In this document: positions 12,571 to 26,514 of the stretch, in pieces
Layout: each line of letters opens with the position of its first letter
Position numbering within the stretch: position 1 is the first letter of the stretch
From: Octopus sinensis
Taxonomy: Eukaryota
Length of the DNA: 64,000 bases
NCBI RefSeq assembly: GCF_006345805.1
Contig: NC_043012.1
Span: 39,866,001-39,930,000 of the forward strand
Reading direction: 5' to 3'
Made by a program: the position numbers and the translations under genes
The notes under the pieces: generated by a model
Database searches by the model: none
The model's input: the letters and a program-made list of their open reading frames with translations, nothing else
What the model was told of the DNA's origin: nothing

Positions 12571-12796
12571 ATCCTTCCTACTAAAAGAACAAGGCAGGAA
12601 ATGTTGATGGCGAGGGCAGTAGTCGATAGCATCGACCCCAATGTTTCACTGGTACTTATTTACTTATTTTATCAACCCCGAAAGGATGAAAGGCAAAGTC
12701 GACCTTGGCAGAATTGGAACTCAGAACACGTAGACAGACGAAATGCCGCTAAGCATTTTACCCGGCGTGCTAAAGATTCTGCCAGCTCGCTGCCTT
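12571..12796 (-). mobile_element. SINE family B
   Basis: Reverse-complement match to family B; (AAT)n on both flanks. Confidence 0.88.
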
Positions 12797-12806
12797 AATA
12801 ATAATA

Positions 12807-13020
12807 ATCCTTTCTACTATAGGCACAAGGCTTGAAATTTTGGGGAGAGGAGTAGTCGATTACATCGACCCCAGTGTGTAACTGGTACTTAATTTATCGA
12901 CCCCGAAACGATGAAAAGCAAAATCGGCCTCGATGGAATTTGTACTCAGAACATAGCGACAGGCGAAATACCGCTAAGCGTTTCGTCCAGCGCGCTAACG
13001 ACTCTGCCAGTTCGCCACCC
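12807..13020 (-). mobile_element. SINE family B
   Basis: Third tandem family B copy; (AAT)n on both flanks. Confidence 0.88.
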
Positions 13021-13071
13021 TCAAATAATAATAATAATAATGATACAATGCTGTTTATACTATTACTGATT

Positions 13072-13256
13072 TGACTCGGGTTCGTTCTTACTCTTGGTAG
13101 GATTCATGTGGGTAGCAGGTTACCTGTATCCGATACCTGTAAACTTAGGTATCCACAGTCTTTCAATAGTCTTCCAAATGCTTAGAACCCACCTGATAAT
13201 CTTTCCTCTCCCTAAGAGACAAACATTCTGTAGAAGCTCTACAGGACATTCTATTC

Positions 13257-13258
<2 letters not shown>
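13072..13258 (-). mobile_element. 3' end of a second R4/Dong-like element
   Basis: Minus strand translates GIECPVELLQNVCLLGRGKIIRWVL, resembling the terminal LLQK..LLGTA.I.R.VL motif of RLE elements. Confidence 0.65.
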
Positions 13259-13296
<38 letters not shown>

Positions 13297-13448
13297 GAGT
13301 GAGAGAGCAGTTCATGCCATCAAAGTGACACTGGGGTAAAATATACGAAGCCCAATATACCCATCATGACTACCCGTCTGATAAGGGTAAAATATACGAA
13401 GCCCAATATACCCATCATGACTACACCGTCTGATAAGGCACAGCCATA
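13297..13448 (-). mobile_element. probable retroelement 3' UTR fragment with a 51-bp tandem duplication and (AAT)n tail
   Basis: GGTAAAATATACGAAGCCC...GTCTGATAAG at 13335-13385 and 13386-13437; abuts (TTA)n. Confidence 0.5.
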
Positions 13449-13488
13449 TTATTATTCTTATTGTTATTGTTGTTGTTGTTACTGCTTA

Positions 13489-13705
13489 AGGCGGCGAGCT
13501 GGCAGAAACGTTAGCACGCCGGGCGAAATGCGTAGCCGTATTTCGTCTGCCGTTACGTTCTGAGTTCAAATTCCGTCGAGGTCGACTTTGCCTTTCATCC
13601 TTTCGAAGTCAATAAAATAACTACCAGTTTAGCACTGGGGTCGATGTAATCGACTAGCCGCCTCACCCCGAAATTTCTGGCTTTGAACCAAAATCTGGAA
13701 CCATT
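13489..13705 (+). mobile_element. SINE family B (well preserved)
   Basis: GGCGGCGAGCTGGCAGAAACGTTAGCACG...GAGTTCAAATTCC (B-box)...GTCGACTTTGCCTTTCATCCTTTC. Confidence 0.9.
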
Positions 13706-13984
13706 TTCAGTAGTAGTAGTAGTAGTAGTAGTAGTAACGGTGTCGGTGGTGGTGGTGGTGGTGGTGGTTTTTCCGTATATTTTCGATGATGTTTTTCTGT
13801 TGTTGCTTTGTTGGTTGGTTGGTTGGAGGGAATAAAGGGTGAATGTTGTTGTTGTAGTTGTTGTTTCAAAGTAATATATTCTCGTTAATTGCAAGATAAA
13901 AAAAAATAATAACAAAATAATGGAAACAATTTGAAGGTGGGGGGCAGAAAAGGAAGGCAAGTAGCAGCGGAATTATTTTCTCCG

Positions 13985-14465
13985 ACCCTCTCGCTCCCTC
14001 TCCCTCCCTCTCACACCCTCTCTGTTTCTATTATTTCTTTTCTTTTTCTACACTTTTTCTCTAACTTCACTTCTCTCTCCTCCTCTGTCCCTCTCTTTCT
14101 CTCTCTCTCTTTCCAATTCACTGTGTTGTACTTCTTCTCTTTTTATATAAATATTCATCTCTTTCTCTCCTGTCAATCTTTCTCTCCCTTTCCTATCTCT
14201 CCTGTTCCATCTGAATGCCTCTCACTTTCTTCTCTTTCATTTCCTTCCTCTCCCATGCTCTCTATCTCCGTCTCTTTCATTCTATTTCCTCTTTCACTCT
14301 CCCTCCTTCCTTTTCACTGTCTTACCCCCTTTTACTCTCTCACTCTCTCTCTCTCAATCACTCTATATCGTTTTTTTTTTCTATTTCTGCCTTATTCCAT
14401 ATCGTTACCGCTCATCTATCCTCTCTCTTCCTCTCTTTCTCTCTCTCCCTCTCTTTCTTGCTCTC
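13985..14465. repeat. polypyrimidine low-complexity tract
   Basis: Eroded (CT)n; explains the S/L/F/P-rich ORF 13931-14488. Confidence 0.85.
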
Positions 14466-15103
14466 CTAAAATGTTTGTGGTGCCATAAAACCAGTTCAAA
14501 GTAACAGTGATTAGCAATATTAGGGTCCAGAAAGGGGACAATTGTATAACATCGACATTCGTTTTTGTTTTTTGTTTTTTTCTCTTTTGTTTTTGTTCGT
14601 GATGTATTATTGCACCTCAATATGAAAGACCGACCTAAAAAAAGAAAATCATTAAAACTCCATATTTAAAATAAACTAAAAGAAAACTTACAGAAATAAA
14701 AATTTTTAAATTTCAAAAAAAAAATAATAATAATAATAAACAGGTATACAAACACACTGGCAGACAGTCAGGCAAACAGAATGGTTGCGAATGGAAGGCA
14801 GAATGGTTGGATGGCTGCCGAGTTAGATGGATGAATGCCAGGGTGCCATGAATGGGCAGGTAGTCAAGGAAACCGTATTGACTGATGTCGATTGCGTTGT
14901 TGACACAACTCGAGGTGGTTTTCGCTTACCATCATCATCGTCATCAGCATCATCATCATTACCATCACTGTCATCATCAATATCGTCAGCCTCATTATTA
15001 TGGTTCAATGTATGGAATATATGTGTATACATAAACACATAGATAGATAGATAGATAGGTAGATAGATAGATAGATAAAGAGAGATAGATAGATAGAGAG
15101 AGA

Positions 15104-15157
<54 letters not shown>

Positions 15158-15194
15158 GCTACACACATAGGTACGTGCATAATTTGGCAAAAAT

Positions 15195-15640
15195 ATCCGC
15201 TACTTTTGTTACTGCCATTGAAAGATCTGGTCAATAATTCTTCATACTGGGAACCGAAAGCGGAACGATTGTCTCTGATGTTGTGAATATTGCAATATTT
15301 CAAATATTTCAAAGGGAATATTCCAAGGAATCAATTTGCTTTCGTGCTTCGCTTTTGGCCCTAAATCTGTCATTTTTGTTACAAAAATTCCCCGGCTGTG
15401 TCCTAGAAACTACAATGGCCAGAGATACTAATGTAACCCATTTCTTTGTAGTCGATCAAAAGATATATATCTTTTATGCTTGATATATTTACAATATTGC
15501 GAAGCAGCTGGATTTAGTCACAACATTTTTCTGCCGTTGTGGGAATGGAATTTGTCCGAAGAAATGTTCATAGTTGACATTTTGAACTCAGAAAAACTGT
15601 TCCCTAAATCTCAAACTTTACGGCAATTGTCTCTCTAGCT
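15195..15640 (+). pseudogene. possible fossil C-terminus of a Ginger/KRBA2-like integrase-transposase
   Basis: Broken frames give ILGTESGT, KG..RNQF (AAAGGGAATATTCCAAGGAATCAATTT) and FFCRCGNGICPKKCS*, in the order I recall for those proteins. Many stops. Confidence 0.3.
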
Positions 15641-17039
15641 CCTATGTTCCACGAAACGAGTGGCATAAATACCATTCTGTAGACATTGAAACTTGACATC
15701 AACAGCAGACTTCTACAGAAAAAAATGATATTGACAGACTCTTACCAGAAAAGGAAGAAGAGGCTTAAGATGAATGTCGACAGCTTTTAATTGCCATATT
15801 GATATCACAACAAAAATATCGGCAAAAGCGAGCAGGTTAAATGTGGCGGCGGTGTCTCTGTCATTACTGTTTATACAGTTGTTTTAATTTTTTCAGACGA
15901 TTTTAATTCTTTACATTTCCACTGCAAGTACAAATGTTTATAACATGAAGTTTTGTTTTTAGATCTGATATTTTTATTTAGTGCAGTTTCATTTCATAAT
16001 TTGAATCTGTTTTTCTATTTGAAAAAGATTGTCGTGCATGCTGCTACCACCACTCAAATGAATACCTCTTCCAGCTACTCCTGAGGTGGCCATCTTGCAA
16101 CCGTATCAATGTTACAAATAATTTCTTTTCATTTTTAACCAGTTTAAAACTGTCTGCAGACGATCATCAGTCCTCAGCTCCGAGTAACAGGGAAGACGTT
16201 TAAACAGTCCAAAAGTCTTCCGTTAATAAAACTGGAGCAAGATAATTATTTCGTGCAGTGTCACTTATCATCGCAGGCCTCCCTCGGAAACACCGGCGCG
16301 CTATAACAATAACGGCGGCGGCAGCGACGACGATGACGGTGGTGGTGGTGGTGGTGGTGGTGGTGGTATTGGCGGTGGTGGTGGTGGTGATGGTGGTGGT
16401 GGTGGTGGTGGTATTGGCGGTGGTGGTGGTGGTAGATGCTACAGATATATTAAAAATTAAGAACTAAAGCAGGGGAAACATGAAATTCAATATAAATGAT
16501 TGGTCGATAATCAATAAATATGGTTTGTACTGTTCCTGCTGATGGTGTTGCCGTTGCTATTACTGTTGTTGTTGTTGCCGTTGATGCTGTTAATGTTGCT
16601 GCTGCTTTCATAGCAACGATGACAATGATGGTTGTAATGATGTTGCAATAACTGTCTTTGATGATGATGATGATGGCGACGATGTAGTTATTATGTTTTG
16701 TTCTTGCTTAATTATTATATTTTGCTGTTCATTATGATGATCTTGATGAGAAGTTGGAAGTAATAATAGTTTTGGCGGCGGCGGCGGCGGCGCGGCGGCG
16801 GCGCTGATGAAGATCATGAGGAGGAAAATGATGATGATAATGTTACCTCATTTTCGCCGTAATAGTCGTAAACTGTTGTTGTTGTTGTTGTTCTCGTAAT
16901 GAAGTGAGTGATTGCGTATGTAAGTCTTTCCGAATGCTTATATTTGTGGCTTGTGTGCATGTGATGGCGTTTGAGTGTGTACAGGTGGAACATACGTGAT
17001 TGTATTAACGTTTGTAACTCGTATGTGACTACGTGTCTG

Positions 17040-17095
<56 letters not shown>

Positions 17096-17231
17096 CATGT
17101 GAGCATGCGTGTGTGTACAACTACGTGAGTGTATATGAGAACGTGTGTGTAAGCATTTCTATGTGTGTGCCTGTGTGAATTTCAATGTCAATGAGAAACG
17201 ATTATAAGTGTGTCAGTGTGTGTGTGTGTGT

Positions 17232-17266
<35 letters not shown>

Positions 17267-17926
17267 TTATAATGAGTGAGAGTATGTCATCTTGGAGTGT
17301 ATGCGTGTTATTGCTGGAGCATGTGATTGAGTGAGAGAGTGAGTGTACGCTTGTTAGTGTATATGTTTGAAAGTATGAATGCAGTTGGGAGTGTATGTTA
17401 ATGTATGCTTATGAAACCATTCAAAAAGCCACCACAGGATCGTTCAAACTGCTAGAAAGAGCAACCAAATCGCAGAAATTGTGTAAAATAGACCTTGTGT
17501 GCTAAAGGTAGTAGTGGTGAATGTATTGGTGAGGGCGTTTGATGAGGTTGGTGGGTGAGGTGTTGCGGGTGGTATTGGCGGGTTTGTTGAAGGAGATGTT
17601 GTTTCTTGTTGTTGGTGGTGATGGTGATGGTGATGGTAGTGATGATGGTGCCGCTGCTGAAGAAGTGGGATTGAATTACATTTTTTATTGTTAGCCCAAT
17701 CTATCTCTCTGTTTAATGTTTGAAGTGAAAGATGGATGGACAAGGCATAAGATAGCAATTTTTAGGTTAATAGCTTTTTTATAAAAAAAAAAGCGGAAAG
17801 AAAAAAACAGACACTAACAATATGAAATATGGAAAGCTATAACACACACTGTTACAAACACACACACACATACATACATATATATATATAAGATGGCTTC
17901 AACACCCTCTCCCCTATATATATATA

Positions 17927-17966
<40 letters not shown>

Positions 17967-18022
17967 AGAGAAACTAAATTAAATGTATAAGCATAAACAT
18001 ACATGTGTGTCTGTGCATGTGT

Positions 18023-18060
<38 letters not shown>

Positions 18061-18439
18061 CCACATGTCAATATTTATATGCATGTGTATGCTTGTTTGT
18101 GTGCGTGTATTTCTGTAAGTACATCATATTTATATACAATACTGATAAATTATTGAAATGGTTTCCTCGGAATCTATTTCGTTTTTGATATCACTCTGGG
18201 ATATTTCGTGATGAAGTACTGCAATATCTCTTATTAGCAGATGTTATATGTAGATGTTATATGAGAATGTCACTGTTGTGGAGTGTATACGCTACCAGGC
18301 GTGATAAATGCTAACAGATGATGCTCTTGTTATATCTGGTATACCGCTGGTCTACTATATGTACCACGAACTATATTTCACACGTTTCTCTAAGCTCTTA
18401 TGTTGACATACGTGATCTTGATATTGTGATTGCTTCAGC

Positions 18440-18700
18440 TTTGCAGATGGTTGCCGTCTCCCCATGTACCCCCATCAACCATCATCAGCTCCAAACGTCC
18501 GTCCATGACCCCTTAGGTGGCTTTTTAAGTCCAGCAATAGATTTGCAGTAAACGTGACAGACAAAAGATGTGCCCTCTATTAGATTTATTGGGTCACCTT
18601 GCGGGATGTCATCCTTATGTACTCTCATATGCTTTTTAAGACCAGGTATTGATTTTCAGACCTTTTTTGCACATCACATATTGTCTCACTTAGCATTGGA
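18440..18700 (-). mobile_element. 3' end of an RTE-clade LINE with two C2H2-like fingers
   Basis: Minus strand gives KSIPGLKKHMRVHKDD...FVCHVYCKSIAGLK, then after a frameshift SHLRGHG. This is typical of the C-terminal tail of RTE/BovB-like ORFs. Confidence 0.6.
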
Positions 18701-19679
18701 GCGATAAAGCTGCATAGTTGGATTTTTATGTCATTTTAAATTAATGATGTATCCAGATTTAGAGAGTAGTAAACATACATACACAGGAAACTAAATTACG
18801 TAATTATTTCGGGTTGTACCGAGACGATGGGTTCGCCCCCTCAAACTCCTGTGCTGCGACGTATAACATATTTTTAAGCAATACCTCCTTACCGTTTTGA
18901 ACAGTGTGGTACTTAAAATGATAAAATATTTTAGCCACTAATTTAGGTTGGGCTGACTTTTCAGACACATCCCTAGACCTGGAATCTTGTGTCTATTAAC
19001 CCAAACACAAACCGAATAGAAAATTTGCTAGATAAATAAGTAAGTAATCAACACCATTTTGCTTGTAAATTTTATATCTAATAGAGTTTGATAAATCTTT
19101 TCCTCAAAAGTTATTTCAATGGTGATGCCCTTACTACGATAGTCATTGACGATAGCGGTTTCAAGAGGAATCTTTCATATATCCCGTTCCCTCTACCATC
19201 CCATTCTATGTATAGCCCCAGGAATACAGCATGATTTCCAAGCCCTTTCCTTTAAATGATAAACCCAGCATTGGTAACAAGAAAAGAGGGCATTCCTAGC
19301 CCTCCTGCATAAGCATTTCCAGATAATCATACGAGAAAGGGCAAGGGCCGTTCTGTGAACTGCAACTACAATTGTGGTTCCAGTATGAAGGGGCTCATCC
19401 CAAATAAGCTTTCTAAACTAGAGAGGCTGGATTGCTTATGCGGATATAAAGATGCTCGCCCATTGAATCTAGCGTATAAAATAAAATAGGAAAAAGTTCG
19501 AAGCTGAGCTCACTTCAACCATCTCCAATAAAGCAATCGGGAAAGACGTTTATGCAACTTCTTGCTGAACAATCTGCACAAATAATTTGTTGATTGGGAT
19601 GAAATGTTTGTGCTGAGCATTAATCCTTCCATCAGATCGACGTTTCTAGAATTGGTGTACGGTGTACGGTGTACCTTGT

Positions 19680-19795
19680 GTCAGGTGTTGAAGTGATTTC
19701 CACAAGAATACAATGCACGACCCGGTCAAGGAATTGAAACTACGATCTCGCTATCGTGAATGCAGTAATCTAACCACTAGGCCATACACCTTCAC
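19680..19795 (-). mobile_element. degenerate tRNA-SINE head (family C-like)
   Basis: Minus strand TGGCCTAGTGGTTAGA...GTTTCAATTCC (A and B boxes). Confidence 0.55.
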
Positions 19796-21795
19796 ACACG
19801 CACACACACACACATATATACACACACACAAATACACACGTGTGTGTGTGCGTGTGTGGTTGAAGCAACACAAGAGCTACTACTTATACGAGAATTAATA
19901 ATTTTATACGGTTTTCTATGAGTTTCTTTCACTTACGAATGATTGCAGAATGAAGGAGACTTTGAAAGCAATGCAAAAACCTTAAATGATGCAGTGAAAT
20001 CTAAAGAATATATGACATCCTGTAATTCCATAGAGCAACATCAAGGGTAATTTACACCGAAATATCAGCTTTATAAACAATTTATTATCGAAAGTGAGTG
20101 TCAGAAATTATTTGATACGAAAACGTGGTCTATGACTTTATTAAATCATTTGGCTCGTAAAAGCTGTACTTCTAGAGATTCTCCAACTATTCTAACTACA
20201 CACAAATATCTGCTTAGCCTCACGGGAAGCAACCAAGGAAAAATGAGAGGAAAGAGCCAAAAGATGAAAATACCATCATTATATCTTGACATATAGTTAA
20301 ATTTCGACCAGTATCTCCCTTTCACTCTCTCTCTCTCTCTCTTTCTATCTCTCCCTATTTCTCTCTCTCTCTCTCACTCTCTCTCACTCACACATGACTG
20401 TTTAGAGATTTTTATCTCACGAAAGTTAAATTTTGTTGAACACTGAACACACTGCAACAAATTTAAACGACTGCGAACGAGCTGAAAGATGACTAAAATC
20501 CTGTGACGTCACAGTGCTACGTCGAATACGTTTTTAGCCGAAATATCAGTTATGTAGACAATTTGTGATGGTAGCTGGAAGAACTGCTTACTGTATGCAT
20601 TATTCCATACGTTTCTTTGTTTCCTTCTATGTGTGTGTGTGTTTAGGGAAAAAATTCTTGTGTCGGCTTTGACCTTAACTACACATTTCTAGGTCCAAAT
20701 GTAATGTGGATTATCTTGGTCAGTAAAATATGAAAATATTTCTGATCAATATGATTAATTCTTTGCCATCTGAACGCGCAACCACTACCACCATCATTAT
20801 TACTACAACCGCTATGGAACAAATACTACTACAAAAACAACTGCTACAACCACAATGACTACGAGTGTCACCACTGCTACTACAAGCACTACAAGCCAAC
20901 AACTACAATTATCCAGCCACTAATACGGGAGCATCTACCACCGCCGCCACATTCACTACACTGTCTAGCACAACTTCTACCCCAACTACGACAATATCCG
21001 TAGTCAATACGTTTACCCTGAGCATTCTCACTACAATAGACAGATAGACAGCTAAGTAAGCACACACACAGACCGACTGACAGACACACAGAAACACAGA
21101 CTTACTACTCAGCTACAATCAGTCTTTAGATTCTGGGGGGGGGGGTCTTGTATCTTCTTTTCACTTCATCATCTTCCATCTTCGTCAGCAGTTGCTGCCG
21201 CTGCTGCTACTGCTGACTGTTCAGTTTACTTTTTCGGTGCATTCCTTTCGTTTTCTTTTGATATCCATCATCATCATCATCATCATTCATTATTCAATCA
21301 ATCTTTCACATGAGAGCTCGATGAAATATAGCCTTTTTGTATGTATCTATATGTGTGTGCGTGTGTGATGTATATATAATATATATAATATATATATATA
21401 TATACGTAATAAAAACAATATGTGCGTGTATTTATGTGTGTATGTATATACATATATGTATGTACTATATATATATATATATATAATATAATATTATATA
21501 TATATACCTGCATGCGCACACAGAAATGTTGTGTGTGTGTCAGATCCCTTGGGCATATCTCTATATAAATATGTATGAACGTGCATACATGCATACATAC
21601 ACATACAGAAACGCATACAATCACATTGATTCATAGTTTGATAAAATGCGGCTTACTCAGAATGTGGGCACACTGTCACACACAAATATATATATATATG
21701 TATATCTATATGTGTGTGTAATATACATACACACTAATACACACAAATATATATGTATATCTGTGTATATCTATATGTGTGTGTAATATACGTAC

Positions 21796-21871
<76 letters not shown>

Positions 21872-23624
21872 TTATATATACAATTATATGCACTTTTTCA
21901 ACCTTCTTATTTAATTACTCATTCAAATTAGTTTTCGTTTCGTTACATTTCTTTTTTTCTTTCCGAAATGTTTCGACCGTTTTTAATGGGGTTCAAGAAT
22001 AGACTTCTAATAATGGCGATTTAGAACAGATATATTAACATATGATGGAAAACTATTCAGCAGAAATCTTCTTTATTTTCCTGTCTTTAGAGGGAGGAAG
22101 GGTTTTGTTGCAGGATTTCCTTTTTTCTTTTTTTTTTTATTTTGGTAATGCCGTACTTGGTAATTCTTTAATTTTCCTTTTTCTGATTTTTGTTTTTGTT
22201 TTGTTTTTGCTGTTCTTCACGATTTTAACTCATTTTTTCCTTCTATTTGAGGTTTAATTTTTGTTTTGCTGGAAGGGTGGAGGCCATTGTTGCAGTTTAT
22301 ATCTTAGTAATACTATAAGCGGGGGTGGAGGGAGTACTGCGTTCTTAACACTTTTCTTGTTCTACTCCTCTTTTGATTCCTATCTTTATTTCGAGAATTC
22401 TTTTCGCCTTTTTTTTTCGCTTTCTTCTTATTTTGTTATTCACTCATTATTTTTAAGGACACGACTCTCACAATGGCCTAAGCAAAGAATGCAGTATTTA
22501 GTCACAATCCCAGACTTTCCGATTGGAATATCGTGTGGCAATAAACCAGAGGTAGACAAAATGGTGGTGGTAGTGGTGGTGGTGGTGGTGGTGGTGGTGG
22601 TGGTGAGGGTGGTGGTGGTGGTGGTGATGGTGGTGGTGGTGGTGGTGGTGGTGGTGGTGGTAAAAGCAGCTATAGTAAATACATTTTGTTATATATTCAT
22701 GTGTGTGCATGTATGTGTATATGTATATATCTATATGTGTATATATATATATATATATAAAGAGAGAGAGAGAAAGAGAGAGAGAGAGATATGTATGTAT
22801 GTATGTATATATCTATATATATATATATATCTATATATATATATATATATATATATCATGTATGTATAAGCACATGTGTCTGAATGTATCTTCACCACAT
22901 AAACACACATCGCCGACAAGAGTCTGAAGCAAAGAAATATCTATCAATAAGATGCGTAACATTTTTACACTTACATTTTTTTTACACATACACACACATA
23001 CACACATTCACACTTACACGCACACACTCGCACATACACACACACACGTACGCGTACGCGCTTACGTATACACATACACACTCTCATTTTTCCCTTTCAC
23101 TTATTCTCTTATTTTTTTATATTAACGTTTGATATCTTTGTGAAGATTGTTCACATCACCCTCTTCCAGCCACTCCACTTGACCACCACTTCAAACAATA
23201 AAAACATAAATATAAAAACAAAGAAACTATGGTTAAATGTATGTAATATTTCTCTTTGTAACATGAGAGACGGAATTTAACGTTCTTCTCGTCTTCTTTT
23301 TTTACTTATCCTTTTTCGTGTGTGTTTTTGTTTTTGCGATTTCTTTTTGTAATGTTAGCAACATTTTGTTTCGATATTAACAATATATTTATTTAGCTGG
23401 CTTTTTTTGCATTAGCATAACAGGGCGGGATATGAGAGTTTTTATTTTGGGATTAGCAACTCCTATATCGCATTAGCAACTTTATTCAAAACGGAAAATT
23501 TCGTTTTCCGTATCAGCCCGTTTGATTTTGTATCTTTTTATTGTTTGATATCTCAAGTCTCCCGGTTCTATCCCGCAAAGCGAAACGTGGTATTTTTCTT
23601 CTACCAGAACCTTGGGTTAATGAT

Positions 23625-23677
<53 letters not shown>

Positions 23678-24292
23678 TATATATGCTTGTGTGTGTGTGT
23701 GTGTAAACGTATACGCAAATATAGACACACTCATGTATGTAATTATACACACATATATATATGTATGTGTGCGTGTGCAGAGGTATACATAGATACATGT
23801 ATAAACATTTCACACTAGCTGATCCCGTGCCTTCAAAAATGATGGCTAATTGTATCATTTTATATATAAATAAGCTACAAAATGATACTGTACATAATAA
23901 TCCCACATACAAACATTCACATACTTCCCTTGTACACGCAAACACATACACACATATACTCACACAGAGTTGAAACGCTGATTTTTTTTTTCACCCCTTA
24001 CATCCTTATTCATCTACCACCCTTCCTTTCGCTCATTGCTATTACTTTCTTTCACTCCCTCTCAGTCAGGGCTATTACTCTCACTACTTCTCCTCCACTA
24101 AATTACTATTTTCACTCCTCCTCCGCGTCCAGCGTGATTCTGTACAAATACATATATATATATATATATATAAATATACAAATATATAAAAGCACTACGC
24201 TCCTTATTATATTAGGAGATGAGGAAAATATATTCATTACAACTACTATAACTAACACCGTTGCTATCGCCTCAGCAATTACTACTACTACA

Positions 24293-24330
<38 letters not shown>

Positions 24331-24519
24331 ACCCTTGTCTACCTCGCGTTTATTGAAACTTGCTAGACGAAAGTTCGCCGTGGAAGTATGTGTGTGAGTG
24401 TTTATATGTACGAAACAATTAGCAACTTTTTATATAAGCGACATTTTCGGTTAACAATTGTATATCGTTTTTGCTACCAGCAAAATAAAACCATTTTTGT
24501 TTTAGAGAATGTTTTCATT

Positions 24520-25340
24520 ATTGGCAGCTAAAATATTGTGAATGAAATACGATGAATAAAGAATGGTGAATGAAATTAAATAAACTTATTGAAATTGTGT
24601 TGAATTAAACAAAAAGAAGGTGTAGAATAAAGAATGATCAAATGCATGAATAACAATTGAAAGAAAATGAATGATTGACAATGAACATTGATATAAAAAG
24701 AATGAAAGTCAAAGAATGAAAAATAGTGAAGAATATAAAATTACAGAAACATAACGGCTGAAAGAGCAGGAATGAAATCGTCTGAATGAAAGGAGTAAAA
24801 TATTATAAAATATGGGATAAACGAATTTATAAGTAATAGGAAGAAAATTATAAATATTTATTTAACGTGAATGAGAGATAATGAGTAAAATATAATTAAG
24901 AATTAAAAATGAATGATTACAATATCAGGAATGAAAGTATATATGAAATGAGGAGAATATCTAAAATATAGAATGAACAAATTTATAAATAATAATTGAA
25001 AAGAAATCATTGATGAGAAATGAATATTGATAGAAAATGAAGGAAAGATAATGGATGATGAAAATGGCGGAAATGTAATGATTGGAAAACAAAGAAGGAA
25101 ATAAAATGAATGAAACCTAACTATCGAATTATTAGAAATGTAATTGTATGAATGAAATATTGGTAAAATATTCAATGGCCAAACTTATAAATAACAATTG
25201 AAAGAAAATCAATGACGATAACAAATCAATGAAATAAAATGAATGACATAAATATGAATGAATTAAAAAAGTATAAGATAATATGAATGAAATAAGCGAA
25301 CAATAGGAAAGATGGTGATGAAGATGAAATAAATTTATAT
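24520..25340. repeat. purine-skewed (GAAT/GAA/AAT) low-complexity tract
   Basis: About 800 bp very poor in C on the + strand, with many GAATGAA words. Confidence 0.75.
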
Positions 25341-25889
25341 TGAAATCTGGCAGACAAATGTTCCTCTATGTTTATCGTATATCTGTCTTAACTAGAAAAT
25401 GTCCATTTGATTTATATATTTATATCTTTATGTATTCCTGTTTTGTTCCGCTGTTTTATTATATAGATTTCTGAATGTGGCACAAGGCCAGAACATGCTG
25501 AGTGATAGAGGGCGGGTCAGACGGCTGCAGTCCATCATTATATCACACAACAAGAAGCCATACGCACGCACACACACACAAACACACGCACACACACACA
25601 GCCACCTAATACATTTGACTTGTGGGACATGAGTTTATCGACTCCGGAAGGATGAAAGGCAAAGTTTATCTCCGTGGGATTTGAACTCAGAACACAAAAT
25701 AAGACAATAACTATGGTAATAGTGATTTCTACCACAGTCATAAGATTAGATTATTTGCCGGGAAGAAACATTCGATTATATCGATCCTTTTACTTGACTG
25801 ATACTTTATTTGATCGACCCCGGAAGGATGAAAGGTAAAGCTGACCTCAGCTTAGTTTGAACTCAGAACATAAATACAGCAATATATAG

Positions 25890-26195
<306 letters not shown>

Positions 26196-26196
<1 letters not shown>

Positions 26197-26400
26197 TTCC
26201 TTGTACTGGAGGCACTAGGTCTCAAATTTATGGGGAGGGGACTAGTCGATTATATCGACCCCAGTGCGTAACTGGTGCTTAATTTATCGACCCCGAAAGG
26301 ATGAAAGGCAAAGTCGACATCGGCGGAATTTGAACTCAGAATGTAAAGACGGACGAAATGCCGTTGAGCATTTCGACCGCCATACTGACGATGGTACCGG
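26196..26400 (-). mobile_element. SINE family B (partial copies also at about 25620-25692, 25770-25870, 26420-26503, 51480-51610)
   Basis: TCGACCCCAGTGCGTAACTGGT...GGATGAAAGGCAAAGTCGAC...TTTGAACTCAGA. Confidence 0.85.
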
Positions 26401-26514
26401 TTCATCAAAATCGTTTCGAATTTTGGCACAAGGCCAGCACTTTTAGGGGATGAGAGTAGTCGATTACATCAACCCCAGTACTTGTCTGGTATTTTATTTT
26501 ATCAATAATGGAAT

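Noticed and set aside
13931-14488. 185-aa hydrophobic ORF
   Set aside because: Eroded (CT)n tract; no domain signal or splice support.
14823-15038. Acidic poly-D ORF with a GATG|GTAAGC donor on the minus strand
   Set aside because: (GAT)n-derived, with no credible acceptor or conserved peptide.
18440-18700. C2H2 zinc-finger gene exon
   Set aside because: Frameshifted, lacks TGEKP linkers and fits a LINE C-terminal tail better.
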